Shown: one piece after another, positions 12,889 to 26,042 of the stretch
Layout of the letters: each line of letters begins with the position of its first letter
Position numbering within the stretch: the stretch's first letter is position 1
Origin: Octopus bimaculoides
Lineage: Eukaryota
DNA: 64,000 bases
NCBI RefSeq assembly: GCF_001194135.2
Contig: NC_068985.1
Coordinates: 86,716,427 to 86,780,426 of the forward strand
Reading direction: 5' to 3'
Translations under genes and position numbers: made by a program
The notes under the pieces: generated by a model
Databases searched by the model: none
What the model was told of the DNA's origin: nothing
What the model saw: the letters and a program-made list of their open reading frames with translations, nothing else

Positions 12889-13110
12889 GTTGGCCAAAAA
12901 TTCCTCAACAGTAAATCAAAACTGTTTAATTCCAAGATTAGAACAACAAATTATTTTATATGAGATTTTGCTAATAAATAAGACAAATGTTGAAAAATCC
13001 GGTAATTTTAACTCACACCATTCAATTATTAAACATTCATAATTGGAATGAATAAATAAAATTGAATATTAAGTAATTATGGAGTTTTTATTTACTGTCA
13101 TGTGACTGTA
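12885..13110. mobile_element. Possible Tc1/mariner-type MITE
   Basis: TA|CAGAGTTGGCCAAAAA start inside a (TA)n run, with only a partial inverted match (ATTTACTG) near 13095. Confidence 0.3.
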
Positions 13111-13139
13111 TATATTGCCTCACAGAAGCAATGTCTGGT

Positions 13140-13480
13140 GACTGAGACCTTTGTCAATGTGCTATGCTTGAGAGGACCCTTCAAGCCAAATACACCTGTG
13201 CTGGTGGCACGTAAAGAACATCTTTTGAACTTTGGGCCACACAGAGACAAAGTGGCTGAGTTCCTTTCAAGTGTTGGGCTTTATGGAGATAAGGTGGCTG
13301 AGTTCCTCTCAAGCCCTGGGGCTCACAGAGGCAAAGTGGCTGGGTTCCTTTTGAGTGTTGGGCCTCATGGAGGCAATGACCAAGACCTTTGGCATTATGT
13401 CGTACTTGAGAAGAAGACCCATCAAGCTGAGCAAAATTGCAGTTGGCACCCATATTGGTGGCACATAGGTGCACTCTGGT
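13140..13480 (+). mobile_element. Retroposon family C 5' region with a 4-copy 42-bp tandem array
   Basis: Four GGGCCTCACAGAGGCAAAGTGGCTGAGTTCCTTTCAAGTGTT-like units (about 13234-13380), followed by GACCTTTGGCATTATGTCGTACTTGAGAAGAAGACCCATCAAGC. Confidence 0.8.
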
Positions 13481-14769
13481 GTCATGCAAGGATCAAGGTT
13501 AATAGATCTAAGAGGTTGGCGATGTCTTCTTGGAATTACAAAGGCAACTTAAATAATAAATGCAAGTTAACAAATTATATATACTCATACACGACAGACT
13601 GCTGGCTATATTTTAATTTCTCGAATCAGATGTACCCTCTTTAGACTTTGAACTCCTGAGTAAAAGATTTTTGTGTTGGTCATGGCTGGAATGCATTTGA
13701 TCATATAAATTTGCATGATTAGGAGCGACCTGGGGGTAAAAAGCACTAACAACAATATCCTTTCCTCTCCTTTAATATGTGTACAACGTCATGTCTCCAC
13801 TGAAACTATTTCTCATCTGTCAGACAAAGTTGCAGACTTCCATAACCAGTGATTTGCTAGATTACCAACACTTGTCTCTCTTCTCTCAAAGATAACCGTT
13901 TATGAGACAACATCATCTTATCTAATTTGTATCTAATTTACTCTGTTGTCCAATTTGGTGTTTAGGAAATAAAAACACCAACTAAAATTCCATAATGTTC
14001 TTGTGTCTATAAAATCTGAAAGAAGCTTCTACATGGCTGTTCAAGATGCCAGAAATAACAAGCAAGTTCCACTTGAATTATCTGCTCATGCTTTGAAAAA
14101 TCAGATATGTCTCAGCTGAGCTTAGAAGATAGTAGTTGTTTGGGGTGGAAGTATTTCCAATCAGGAACTTCGTCGATTACACTATGCTACACTTCCTTGG
14201 AGGTAGGGACAAGACCTTAACCCTAGGACTGTGTGGTTTATTCATTTGAATGTTAGAGAATCTTGCTTCTGAGTTTAGTAGGCAGCTGCAACAGGTCAAC
14301 TGTAATACATATCAATACTGCTTGTATTGATTTTGTTTGATTTGGCAAACTTGTATCTTGTGGCAAAGTATTTATGTGGGAAACGTTAGGTGATATTTTA
14401 GCCAACAGTTGAGACCATTAGTGTCTGTAGTGCTCTACCTAGATGTATGATATGCACTAAGTATTCCCTCTTGCTCCCAGAAGAGTTATAACAAGCAACA
14501 TAGCTTGGTTCAATTCCCTGTTCAAATTAACTGTCTCTAAAAACATTATTAGGGAAGATTTCCCAAGCATACACAAATACTGTAAACATCCCCATGTGCA
14601 TAATGTTAAGGTTAATTACTTCTGTCATGTCGGTATTGCTTCTATAACGGTAAAAATACACCATCCCAGATGCCTACCTGCAACACCTGAAATTAAGCCA
14701 CCTGTTCAGAGAGTGATTGTCTTTTCAAAGTAGTGGCTTATTGGTTGACCATTGCTCTTATATAAAATA

Positions 14770-15060
14770 CATGTGGTTAAGTGATTAAGGTATTCCACCT
14801 GTGATTGTAAGGCCATGAGTTCGATTCCAAGTAGCATGTCGTGTCTTTGAGAAAGACATTTCATTTCACATTGGTCCAGTCCATTCAGCATGAAAAAATG
14901 AGTAGTACCTGTATTTCAAAGGGCTAACCATGTAACATTCTGTGTCATGCAGAAACTCCTTTAGAACTGTGTTAAGGGTACACGTGTCAGTGGAGTACTC
15001 AGCCACTTGCATGTTAAATTCACGAGCAGGCTGTTCCATTGATTGGATCAACTAAAACAC
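14770..15060 (+). mobile_element. SINE family D, near full length
   Basis: tRNA-like head (GTGGTTAAGTGATTAAGG...GAGTTCGATTCC), a central TGTCTTTGAGAAAGACATTT segment and the family D body. Confidence 0.85.
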
Positions 15061-15667
15061 TCATTGAATGTTTACCATTGAGGAGACCAAATTACATTGA
15101 AGCACCAATGTCTACTGATCAACCGATGACATTCTGAGTGAATCAACATATTACAGCTAGTGACATTCCATTCTTGTATATACATAATAAATGCTATGCA
15201 CATTCGTATTTTAATCTAAAGCTGCTTCAAGTGCATATATTAATAATGTAATATGTTTGGAATGAAGTAAAATAGATCTGGTTATACACACTTGAAGATA
15301 AGTATACATTTTATATATATTTAGCATTCTTGGCTGGAACATGTCATTTCGGGCAATGAGACAGAGCAACACATAGATATGTATCTGCCTTCAGCCTTCC
15401 TCGAATGTAATGATGCAGTTAATTTTCTAGTACTTTCTACTCGTTATATACACAGGCATTGGTAGGATTAAAATGAATAATCTCTTTTGGTATTTATAAA
15501 AGAAAACTGAAACTTGGAATCATACATTTCCTGCAACATTCAGTGTAGAATTATGCATAAGAGAGCAGAACTTACTGACTGAATAATGAAATAAAAATGT
15601 GTTTTAAATATTAATGATACAAAAATACTGTCTTATAGCTTAAGATATAGTGTACTGGCGTATATTC

Positions 15668-15879
15668 TTTTCTATTCTAGGCACAAGGCCTGAAATTTTT
15701 GTGGAGGGGGCCAGGTGATTAGATTGACTCCAGTACGCAACTGGTACTTAATTTATTGACCCCGAAAGGATGAAAAACAAAGTCGATCTTGGCGGAATTT
15801 GAACTCAGAACATAAAGACTGACAAAATACGACTAAGCATTTCGCCCGGCATGCTAACGTTGCTGCCAGCTCATGGCCT
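15668..15879 (-). mobile_element. SINE family B
   Basis: AGGCACAAGGCCTGAAATTTT...GGCGGAATTTGAACTCAGAAC...CTAAGCATTTCGCCCGGCATGCTAACG. Confidence 0.9.
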
Positions 15880-16129
15880 TTGTAGTAGCATATATTATTT
15901 GTTTTTAAGATGGCTGGGTGCTACTTAGTGGACACTTAGCTACTATGTCAAGCAGTTCAAATGCTTTCATAAAGACAATGTACTTGACATTTCCTTGCGC
16001 TATTATTGAGAATGGTGATGCTGTTGTGCAGCCCCAAATCCATTGTAACTGAGCAGACACGTTCTCATAAGCATTTTTTTTTGACACAGTATATCTTGGA
16101 CTACATAATCTCATATGTCTTACCTTATT

Positions 16130-17070
16130 TTGAGATCAAGTTATATAGGCCATGGAGAGAGTCATTGCCCAATTAGTCTGTGATAGAGTAGGCTTTGATG
16201 AAATGCAGCTTAGCTTTGTTCTTGGAAGAAGTGTCACTGATGCATTCTTCATAATGAGGCAATGACAGGAGAAATAAGAAAAACTTGGCTAAGAATAAAT
16301 AAATAAGACTAAACTGGAATATCTGGGTTTTGGTTGATCTGGAGAAAGCATTTGACTGGATAACACATTTGGTAATCTGGTGGACACTGAAGAAATCAGG
16401 AGCAGATGAATGGTCTGTGTGGATGGTTCAAACTATGAACAAGAATGTAGTAAGTAAAAGTCAGAGAGATGGCAATGACTTCAGTGATGAATTTAATGTG
16501 AAGGTAGGCGTCCACCAAGTCCAGTCCTCTCTTATTCATCATAGTCTTACAGACCATCACAAAGGAATTTAAGGCTGGCTATCAATAGGAACTCCTTTAT
16601 CCTAACAACTTAGTTCTCATAGCTGAATCCATAGTGGAATTAGAGAAGAAATTCCAAGCATGGAGGCTAAACCTAGAATTGAGAGGCCTTAAGATAAATG
16701 CAGCCAAGACAAGAGTTATAATAAGTAGGAAAGAAGACAGGACCCTGGTACCTTCGGGGAAATGGCTTTGCTCAGTTTGTAGAAATGGGGTAGATATAAA
16801 TTGATGTAGCATATGAACACAGGAGAGACAAAGTGGATTCACTTGCAGATCATTAAAAAAAGATATAAGCTTTATACGCACCAGAGCAGTTTGTATGAGG
16901 ACAAGAAATTGCGCTTCTTAAATACCCACACAGCTCATTAGAAGTAGTTGATAGCTTCTGTTGCTTGGAAGATGTAATTAGCAAGGGGTGGTGGTGATAG
17001 TGGTTGCTCTGAAAGTATAGTTGCTAGATTGAGAACTGGTTGATGAAAGTTCAGGGAGCTTCTGCCACTG
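16130..17070 (+). mobile_element. RTE/RTEX-clade LINE reverse transcriptase remnant
   Basis: VDLEKAFD, VKVGVHQ, a degenerate LLYADDL region, GLKINAAKTRV and GKWLCSVCRNG. Same family as 6500-7550, in the opposite orientation. Confidence 0.9.
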
Positions 17071-19994
17071 CGAGAGATCCTGTTAAGCATTGTATTTTGT
17101 AGGTTTCCATTCCCAAATAAAAGATGTTACTATCGTAGACACACAACAAGAGTTTGAGAATTTACCAAAGTTAATGGAGGACAGGGAATCTTGGTAAAGC
17201 ATAATGAAATGCATCTCAATTGCAGCTGCTTCAAAAACAAAAGAAAATGATCAAAATAGATAAGTTTGGTGAAGAATATAAGAACACGGGTGAAGATTAA
17301 ATTTATCTAAACTGATGACATCAAGCTATATAGGCCTACTGAGAGCAAGGTGTATAGCATGCTGTAATTACTTCAGACTAAGACATTTATGTTTAAAGCT
17401 TATGTAATGAGGAAAAAAAATCCTCTGGCATTACTATTTTAGTATATGCACATGAAAGAGGAAGAATTGAAATAAAAATTTAAACATTTATTTATGTCTC
17501 ACCTCTGAAGAGACAAGATCCCACTTAAACACTATGTCTGGCAGTCCACTGACATCACTTGAACCTCAATGTGCTTTTATGACCAATGTTCCATAGAAAA
17601 AATAATTTTTCTCTTAGACACAACCTGGCAGAAAACTCCTTCCACATTTTAGCATACAGACACATGTTAACAATAATGTAGACATGTTTATTTTGATCCT
17701 TGTTGCATTGTATGTTACTTCCAAATTAATTGCAGCCTGGCAAATCTCAGGACACCAGCAAATCTATTGTTTGCTGTTCTCTACATAGAGGAACAGAAGT
17801 TCTGTCTTAGTTCCAAATAACTGAAAGCATATCTATTACTGAAGAGTTAAACTCACACTGAAACTTGGTACCTGGTCGTCTGCTGATATCACTTGGAGCT
17901 TGGTATAATAATTTTAATGCTCAAAGTCTATAGAAAGAAAATCTCTTTTATTTTTTTCAAGACAAAATCCAGTGCCCATTGCCTTTTATGTTCTGCTGTA
18001 CGGAATGTGTTAAAAAACAAATCTCTACATCTCTATTTTAGTTCATATTTATTTAAAATAGATGCTATTTAAAAACTGTATGTCTTTCACAACAATCAGT
18101 TACTTAACAATTGTAAACCCTTCACAACAATGTCTATTTCACTGTTGGATGTCTTTCAAAACACCGTTTAGCCTGAATGTTGTGTCTTGTATTAATTTTC
18201 CACAACAACAACAACAACAGCAACAAAAAAAGACTGTGAGAAATTGATTATTATTGTCTAGCAGCAGAATACAATACCAAGTTGGCATATGTTTAAATAA
18301 GCATATCAACAACGTATCTTTAATAAAATATTTGAATTAAAATTTTGAATATAAAGAATCTAATTACGACAAACCATTTCTACTCGAAGAATATTTTAGA
18401 AGAGAGAAACAACAAAACCAAAGCAAAAACAAACAAAAGAAAAATGAAAGAATTGATTTATATTTTCTACAAATATTTATGATTGCTCATTATATAAAAT
18501 TCCTGATTTCTAGCCTAGTTGTCTCAAACAAATGGAGAACTAATTAAATTCTTGTGTTGAACTGTCTTTTCATTTCACACTATAGCAATATGCTGTAGTA
18601 TGAGTGAACATCAAAAGTACTGATTGAAATGGTATTATGAAAATACTCAACCACTGAGCTTCTATTCTGGAGTGCACAAAAGCACATTGTCTCAACAAGT
18701 GACAACTCGTTAGGTAAATATTTTGTTTTATATTTTGTGATTAGTTTACTTTTGTAACCACTGGTAAATTGTTCTCATAAAATCTTAGATTTGCATACTG
18801 CTGTAGCGGGGATTTGAATCTGAATCCTAGGCTTCTTCTTGTGCATTGTAAAAGCCTTTTCTGGCAGCCAAGTGAGATGTGTCTGCATTCATGCCACACC
18901 AGATGGTCCATATATGCAACTCAAACAGTTGACAAAGAACCTCTGTCACGACGAATATAGCTCAATTGTTTCCAGTTATATTGGGCAAGCTGCATGTGGT
19001 CAGCAACTTGCCATAAGCTCCAATCTTCCATGGAAACATTTCTGGTTATGCAGAAATATTTACTCATTTGGAAACACACACACACTTGAATGGTATCAGA
19101 AATGTTGATTAACAACAACAAAATCTGCAGTTGCTGCTGCTGCTGCTGCTACAGCTACCACCACTACCATCACCACTACCACTGGATAATGTATTTCCTA
19201 GAGAGACAAAATGGTTGGATCGTCGAAGCTGGAATGCTTTTGATCATAAGTCTGTTGAATCAGTCAGAGCTGTCTCAGTGTTAAACATTAGCAACAACAC
19301 TAAGAACATTTTTCTAGTTTCTGTCTTTACACCTGTTTCATAACTGATTTGTGGCGGAGATTTTCAACAACAACAACAACAATAACAGTAACAACAACAA
19401 TAGCAGCAGCGTAAACCACAACAACAACAGCAAAAACAATGGCACCAATAATGGCAGCAACAATAAACATCTGTAGCTTTTGTAATATGTCCTCCTTATC
19501 GTCATCATTAACCTCCTCATCATTTAACGTCCATTTAACGTCCGTGCTGGCATGGGTCGAAGCCAACTATGTCCCTGCATACATTCTAAGCATGTGCATC
19601 AGTATTGCAAATGCCTCCCCATGTAAAAAGCTATGATAATGAAGCAGAAAATGGAAACTAGATGCTTGGATATTCCTTTTAAGAGAGAGACATTATTATT
19701 CCAAGAACCGGAATAGAAAATTTTATAAACATTATTCTACTCATTACACAAGAAATGTACTGAAAATACATTTTAACTCTCCAAGAACAGAGATATTTCT
19801 GAAAAATTTATGGTTTTATTACTCAAAGCGAAAAAACTGAAGATACACTGATGTATCTACGTTTCCATGTATACATGTATACATGTGTGCATGTATGTAC
19901 GTATGTATGTGTGCATGTAAGCATGTGTGTATGTATGCATGTTGTATCTATATGAGTATCTGTAGCTATTGTAGTAGCTGTTGTTCCTATAATC

Positions 19995-20014
19995 ATTCTC
20001 ATTGTTGTTGTCAT

Positions 20015-20050
<36 letters not shown>

Positions 20051-20103
20051 TATCATCATCATCATTATTATTATCATCATCATTATTATTATCATTATTA
20101 TTA

Positions 20104-20140
<37 letters not shown>

Positions 20141-20181
20141 CATTATCACTATCATTATTATTATTGTTATTATTATTATTA

Positions 20182-20254
<73 letters not shown>

Positions 20255-20268
20255 TATTATTATTTTAT
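19995..20268. repeat. Compound (CAT)n/(TAT)n microsatellite
   Basis: Directly visible; about 270 bp. Confidence 0.98.
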
Positions 20269-20344
20269 AGGTCATCGTAAGTTTATGTTAACTGAAAAGC
20301 ATTATATTTTGCTTTCAGATTTCACTACAAATTTTCTCTAGTTC

Positions 20345-20605
20345 GTATCAGACACACACATATGTATGCATGTACATACACACACACACACACTCAGACA
20401 TGCACATACTTATGTGCATATACATATATGTATACATATATATAGATACATCCATATATACATGCATATACATTCATATATATATATATATTCATATGGA
20501 TACACACACACACGTATGTATATATACATGCATTCACAAACACACACGTATACATATATGTGAGTGTTTGCGTGCATGCATGCCCATGGTGTGTATGTGC
20601 ATATA
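20345..20605. repeat. Degenerate (CA)n/(TA)n low-complexity tract
   Basis: Directly visible. Confidence 0.9.
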
Positions 20606-20952
20606 AAACAGTGTTTTAGAAAGCCTCGGCAACACAGCAGAAGAAATATTAAAAATAAGAAAACAAAATTAACTTCTAGCAGAAAACATTTATTTTTATT
20701 CCAACATTTCGGGTGAAAATACCTTTTACAAAAGAGTTATAAGTAGAAGAGATGTTGTTTGTGTTTATTGCCGTTTCATTTTTGCAACCAGTGATGAGAC
20801 TGTGTGCCGTTGATAAATGAAGAGAGTGATGATGTAAATGTGTCGCATGGATTAGGTTTGGAAGTTCTCTCTTGAATTTATTTTACTAGATTCTCATGTG
20901 TGTGTGTGTGTGAGACGAAAGTAGGGTCAGATTGAGCATGATGCAGTGACTG

Positions 20953-20984
<32 letters not shown>

Positions 20985-21074
20985 TGCTAGATGAATCATT
21001 ACGAAATTTCTAGTCCCCTCACAAGTGGCCTTTATTGCAGTTAAAATAAGTGTAAGGACATGAAATTTGGGATG

Positions 21075-21267
21075 CATAGTCATAACCATAGTCATAACAT
21101 CATCATCATCATAATCGTCATCATCATTGTCATCATTGTCTTTGTCATTGTTACCACCATCATAATCATTATCCTCATCACCACACCACCACCACTGCCA
21201 CCACCATCACCATCATCATCGTCATCGTCGTCGTCGTCATTATCATTGTNNNNNNNNNNCATCGTCG

Positions 21268-21300
<33 letters not shown>

Positions 21301-21385
21301 ACATCATCACCATCATCGTCATCAACATCATCATTTATCATCATCACCATCACCACCACCACCACCACCAGCATCATCAGCATCA
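21075..21385. repeat. Degenerate (CAT)n/(CAC)n microsatellite
   Basis: Directly visible; spans a 10-N gap. Confidence 0.95.
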
Positions 21386-22098
21386 TTGTCGTCTTCCTAC
21401 AGTGGTAGCCAAGTGAATCATCTCTATCGTAAGACGTCAACCTCTGTCCCCCTATTATAGTCGAATGTCTCACTTGGCCCACAGCCACTTCTCTTTGTTC
21501 CTCTCTCAAACTAAGAGGTACTTTGTCCTTACTGGTTACTCGACAACCTCCACTGGTACTGGTACCCCATAAAAGACATCCAGTACAATCTGTAAACTGG
21601 TTGGTGTTAGGAAGGGCGCACTTCACCTCATCAGTGTTCTGCAATAAATACAACAACCAAAGTTAAGACTGCAAACATAAACGCTCCTGCTTTCCTTTCT
21701 TCAAAAATGCAAATACTCAACAACCATGCATGTCCCGAAATAGCAAAGATCAGATAAAACAACATATCAGATAGATAGATAGAGAGAGAGGGGAGGGAGA
21801 TAAAGAGAGAAAGAGAGAGGGGGTAAGTGAGAGGGAGGAAGAGGGGGGAAAGAGAGAAAAATGAGGAAAAATCGTAGAAAACCATGGAAAAAGAAGAAAG
21901 GAGAAGAACACTGACCAAAGTGAGAGCAGAAGGTCAGCTCAGGTCATAAAGCAGCTAAGACCACCTGAAAGGTGGATGTGTATTGGATGAGAGTTAGGGT
22001 CATCTGAGAGACAGAACCCCGCATCCAATGCAAAGGACATTAAAAGCACACAAGTATGCACACACACAGACGAATATAACACACTCTCATAAACATAT

Positions 22099-22159
<61 letters not shown>

Positions 22160-22425
22160 CTCACACACATTTATATACATACACTTGTGTTATTAGCTTT
22201 GAAAGATAGTCTGATATGGGTGCTTGGTACATAAAAGCACACACACACACACACATAGATCATAGCAAATGAGAATCGTCCAGCATGGGTGCTGGAATTC
22301 CCACGTGATTTCATTCTAATGGAAATCATCAGTGGGAAGCATGTCAGTCACATCTCACTGCTACAATGTATAAAAGAGCAGCATCTTTACAGACACTAAT
22401 GTTGCAAATAATCAGCAGACGTACA

Positions 22426-22461
22426 TATGTATGTGTGTGTGTTTGTATGTATGCATGTATG

Positions 22462-22494
<33 letters not shown>

Positions 22495-22605
22495 GTGTAT
22501 GCATGCGTTTATGTATGTATGTATGCATGCATGTATGTATGTATGTATGTATGTATGTATCTATCTATCTATCTATCTCTCTCTATATATATATATATAC
22601 ATATA
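22426..22605. repeat. Compound (TATG)n/(TATC)n/(TA)n microsatellite
   Basis: Directly visible. Confidence 0.95.
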
Positions 22606-23100
22606 CAGGGTCTTACAGATAAATTGAGACAGTCTTTATGATGCATAAAACTGGTTATAAATACTAAAATAATGGCAGTAGACAGATATAAATTTTAATG
22701 TAATATTTATTACAACAAAAACATTTATCACTCAATATGGCCACCCTTTTGGACGATTTCTGCTTCCAGACGAGAACAAAATTGTTTTGCAGCTGCCACA
22801 ACCTCCGCCTTTTTGATTTTGCAAGTCACACACACAATGCAGGTTTTCAAACTGTTGACACTTGAGTGTGGTGAAGTATTGGTTCTTCCTGCTTGAAGTC
22901 CACCCCATAAAAAGTTATTGAGAAGATTGAAATTTGGGCCATTACTGCCTAGATTTTGGGCTTTACAAAAAAAGGCACTTTCTCACCAAGGAAGGCCTGT
23001 GTTGCTTTTGACCCATGCCTTGGTGCAGAATCCTGGATAAACACCACATTGTCAAGCCCGAACTTCTACTCCATCCAAGGAGATGTTCCTCAGACATGAA
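22606..23100 (-). mobile_element. Tc1/mariner superfamily (maT/DD37D-like) transposon, 3' portion
   Basis: TA|CAGGG terminus at 22606. Minus-strand remnants QDSAPRH..KATQAFL and a terminal GGHIE-stop, typical of Tc1/maT transposase C-termini. Confidence 0.75.
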
Positions 23101-23399
23101 ATATTACTACTAACACCATTCCACATTTCCATATCTATTTCTTTTAGATTGTGTATATCAGCGTTAGTGTGTGTGTGTGTGTATTTTGTGTCATGTCTAC
23201 TAATATGTGTATATATCTGGATGTTTAAAGCATTTTGAATAAGTTTAAGGAAGTTTTATTAAAACCAGGAACTGCCCTGTTAACATCAGTTAGTCATACT
23301 TACTAGCTTACATTTTTATATCATCATTTCTTTCCAGTTTATCTCTCAGACATCTTGCTTTTACTTGCCCTGGCTAATTCTCTTACAACAGACAACAAG

Positions 23400-23885
23400 C
23401 TGTTGTCAAAATTCTCATAGAACCTCTTTCCACGATACTTAACACACGGGTACCAATCTCAAAATCCTTCTTCTTCCCCAAAAAGTGGTCTTCTGAGCAT
23501 GTTCTACTTTCATGTGAATTTCAGTTTCTCCAACCTATTATTCAAACCAGGTTCTTAGTGCTCCCAGTACCCCCACCCCACCTACAACTACAGGAATGGA
23601 TCTTTCTCCCTTCATTACACACATTCATGCAATTTTGTCTTCTAGTAGCTTGTATTTTTCCATCCTTTCCATTTCTTTGTCACCCACTCATGTAACTCCA
23701 TTTTGAGATCCTTACTAAATATCTGCACTGTTGAAATCAGACAGTTTATTTCATGTTCACTCTTCCCAAAGATCTCAAGTCGTCCATATATGACAGGTGA
23801 GTTAACTTGCCTCCATTTTCCGCAGTGTACCCCAGTCTCACTTTTCGTAATATCTGTGTGAAGGATATCATCTTTCTCAGGTGTT
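23400..23885 (-). mobile_element. R2-superfamily (R4/Hero/NeSL-like) LINE remnant, internally deleted
   Basis: HLSYMDDL (23779-23802), then FGKSEHEINCLISTVQIFSKDLKME. After a deletion comes the C-terminal HAQKTTFWGRRRILRLV, compared with the QKTALLGTARILR motif of these elements. Confidence 0.8.
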
Positions 23886-25295
23886 TTACGAAATAGTTAA
23901 TTTTCTATATTTAAACTACTAAATTCTGTTGTGTTTCCTCTTTCCCTCCTCCCTTTCGCTTTTACGTATATTTTTCTTGCTTATTTTACGTCTTCTCAGT
24001 CAGCAGCAGCAGCAGTGACAGCATCCACCCACCCACCCCGCTGGTGATATATTATTATTATTGTTGTTTTTGACATAAATCTGAATATTTTCTGTGCTAA
24101 ACTTTACCAAATTTCGCTCTCCTTTTCCTATTCTTTCAAACCATTTCCAAGAAATCAGTTTTTTTTTTTTTGTTTTTTACCTGCTTCTTCTCTTTCTCTC
24201 CCTTATAATCTCTCTTCATCTCTTTGTCAGACACACCGCATCAAGAATGACACATAGCATATGTTACTAGGAACCAGAAAATTTGGTTTCGCAACGCACT
24301 TCCTCTTCCTATCTCTCTCTCACTTACCCTCACTCCACCTCTCTCTCATTATTATCTGCTGTAAATATTCCCCTGATTTTTATTCAATATTTTCTCTCTT
24401 CTCTCTTTTGCCCTCTTTTTAATTTCTTATATACATATATGTGTGTGAGTGCATGTGTACATGTGTGTGTGTTTATATATATATATATATATACCTATAT
24501 AATTATATATACATACACACATGCATATCTATATATATACACACACACACAAATGAAGATTTATATATATATATATGCATATATAATCTAATATCATTCT
24601 ATTTTGATATAATTATTTAGAAATTGCTTTGAATAGATCGCTTTACAACTCAAGATCTTAACTATTTATTAAGCATTTCACAGAGAAGAATTAAAAACAA
24701 AAACAAAAAAGTACAAAAGAAAGAAACAAAGAGAAAAGGAACAAAGAAAGAAAGAAATAAAAAAAAAGCAAAAGAAAAGCAAACAACATCAACTACAATA
24801 ACAACAACAACAATAAGACTCACACAGCAAATCCTTTTGATATTAAAACATATGAAAAGACCCTAAATCGATCGTTGATATTCAATAAAGTCAATTTACA
24901 AAAATGTAAGACTACAAGTTTGAACGATGATCACTGAAAATGTCATATTTATGTCTTGAAGAGAGAAAGAAAGTCTCTTTTTTTTTCCTTCTTCTTTCTC
25001 CTTCTCCTCCTGTTCTTCTCTTTCTCTATCTATCTTAATGTGTGTCTATGTGTATATATATATATATATATATNNNNNNNNNNNNNNNNNNNNNNNNNNN
25101 NNNNNNNNNNNNNNNNNNNNNNNNNNNNNNNNNNNNNNNNNNNNNNNNNNNNNNNNNNNNNNNNNNNNNNNNNNNNNNNNNNNNNNNNNNNNNNNNNNNN
25201 NNNNNNNNNNNNNNNNNNNNNNNNNNNNNNNNNNNNNNNNNNNNNNNNNNNNNNNNNNNNNNNNNNNNNNNNNNNNNNNNNNNNNNNNNNNNNNN

Positions 25296-25405
25296 TCTTC
25301 TTCTTCTTCTTCTTCTTCTTCTTCTTCTTCTTCTTCTTCTTCTTCTTCTTCTTCTTCTTCTTCTTCTTCTTCTTCTTCTTCTTCTTCTTCTTCTTCTTCT
25401 TCTTC
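25296..25405. repeat. (CTT)n microsatellite
   Basis: Directly visible; abuts an N-gap. Confidence 0.98.
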
Positions 25406-25519
25406 ATACATTGTTGTTGTTGTTGTTGCTGTTGCCGTTATTATGGTTGCAGATATTGTTGCTGATGTTATTGTTGAAATCTTTATTTTTATTACGATAA
25501 TCAAAAGACGAAATGCTGA

Positions 25520-25690
25520 GCAGTATTTCATCAGCCGTCTTCATGTTCTGAGTTCAGACTCCACCAAGGATGATTTTACCTCTCATCCTTTCATGGTTGA
25601 TAGATTAACTACCAGTAAAATACTGGGGTCAATGTAATCCCCTATCCCTCTACCCCACTTATCAGGCCTTGTGCCCTTAGTAGAAAGATT
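25520..25690 (+). mobile_element. SINE family B, 5'-truncated
   Basis: GTTCTGAGTTCAGACTCC...AAAATACTGGGGTCAATGTAAT...GGCCTTGTGCCC. Confidence 0.75.
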
Positions 25691-25721
25691 AGAAAGGATT
25701 ATTAATATTAATCTAGTTATA

Positions 25722-25935
25722 AGGTGGAAAGCTGACAGACTCGTTAGCACACTAGGCAAAATACTTCATAGCATTTCACTTGTCTTTATGTTCTGAGTTC
25801 AAATTCTGTCGAGGTTGATTTTTGCCTCTCATCTTTTCAGAGCTGACACAATAAGGACCAGTAAAATACTGGGGTCAATGTAATTGACTTAACCCCTCCC
25901 CAAAAATTGCTGGCCTTGTGTCAAGATTTGAAATC
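25722..25935 (+). mobile_element. SINE family B
   Basis: AAGGTGGAAAGCTGACAG...GTTCTGAGTTCAAATTCTGTCGAGGTTG...GGCCTTGTGTCAAG. Confidence 0.85.
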
Positions 25936-26042
25936 AATATTAATCTTGTTATATTTATTAATAGAGTTAATTTTGTTAATATTATTATTACTACCATTAT
26001 CATTACTATTAATACTATGATTACCATCATCATCATCTATGT

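Noticed and set aside
11012-12963. Long ORFs of 115-332 aa in the ORF track (also 24956-25637 and 39261-40253)
   Set aside because: They are mostly N-gap (X) plus dinucleotide or trinucleotide repeat translation, so they are artefacts.
14770-14835. tRNA-like sequence (also other SINE heads)
   Set aside because: It has A/B-box-like motifs but no complete cloverleaf and continues into a SINE body.
17870-17935. Minus-strand acceptor TTTTCTTTCTATAG with a possible exon
   Set aside because: All frames close within 13 codons and the donor is weak.
18585-18715. Plus-strand acceptor/donor pair
   Set aside because: Stops in all three frames and no other support.
19823-21416. Poly-I/M/H/Y/D ORFs, and similar poly-E/K/S/T/N ORFs at 25030-25637, 26781-26992 and 44267-44633
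   Set aside because: These are translations of stop-free microsatellites, with no splice or domain context.
23740-23805. Plus-strand CAG|GTGAGT donor
   Set aside because: It is the antisense of the HLSYMDD reverse transcriptase motif of the RLE-type LINE.
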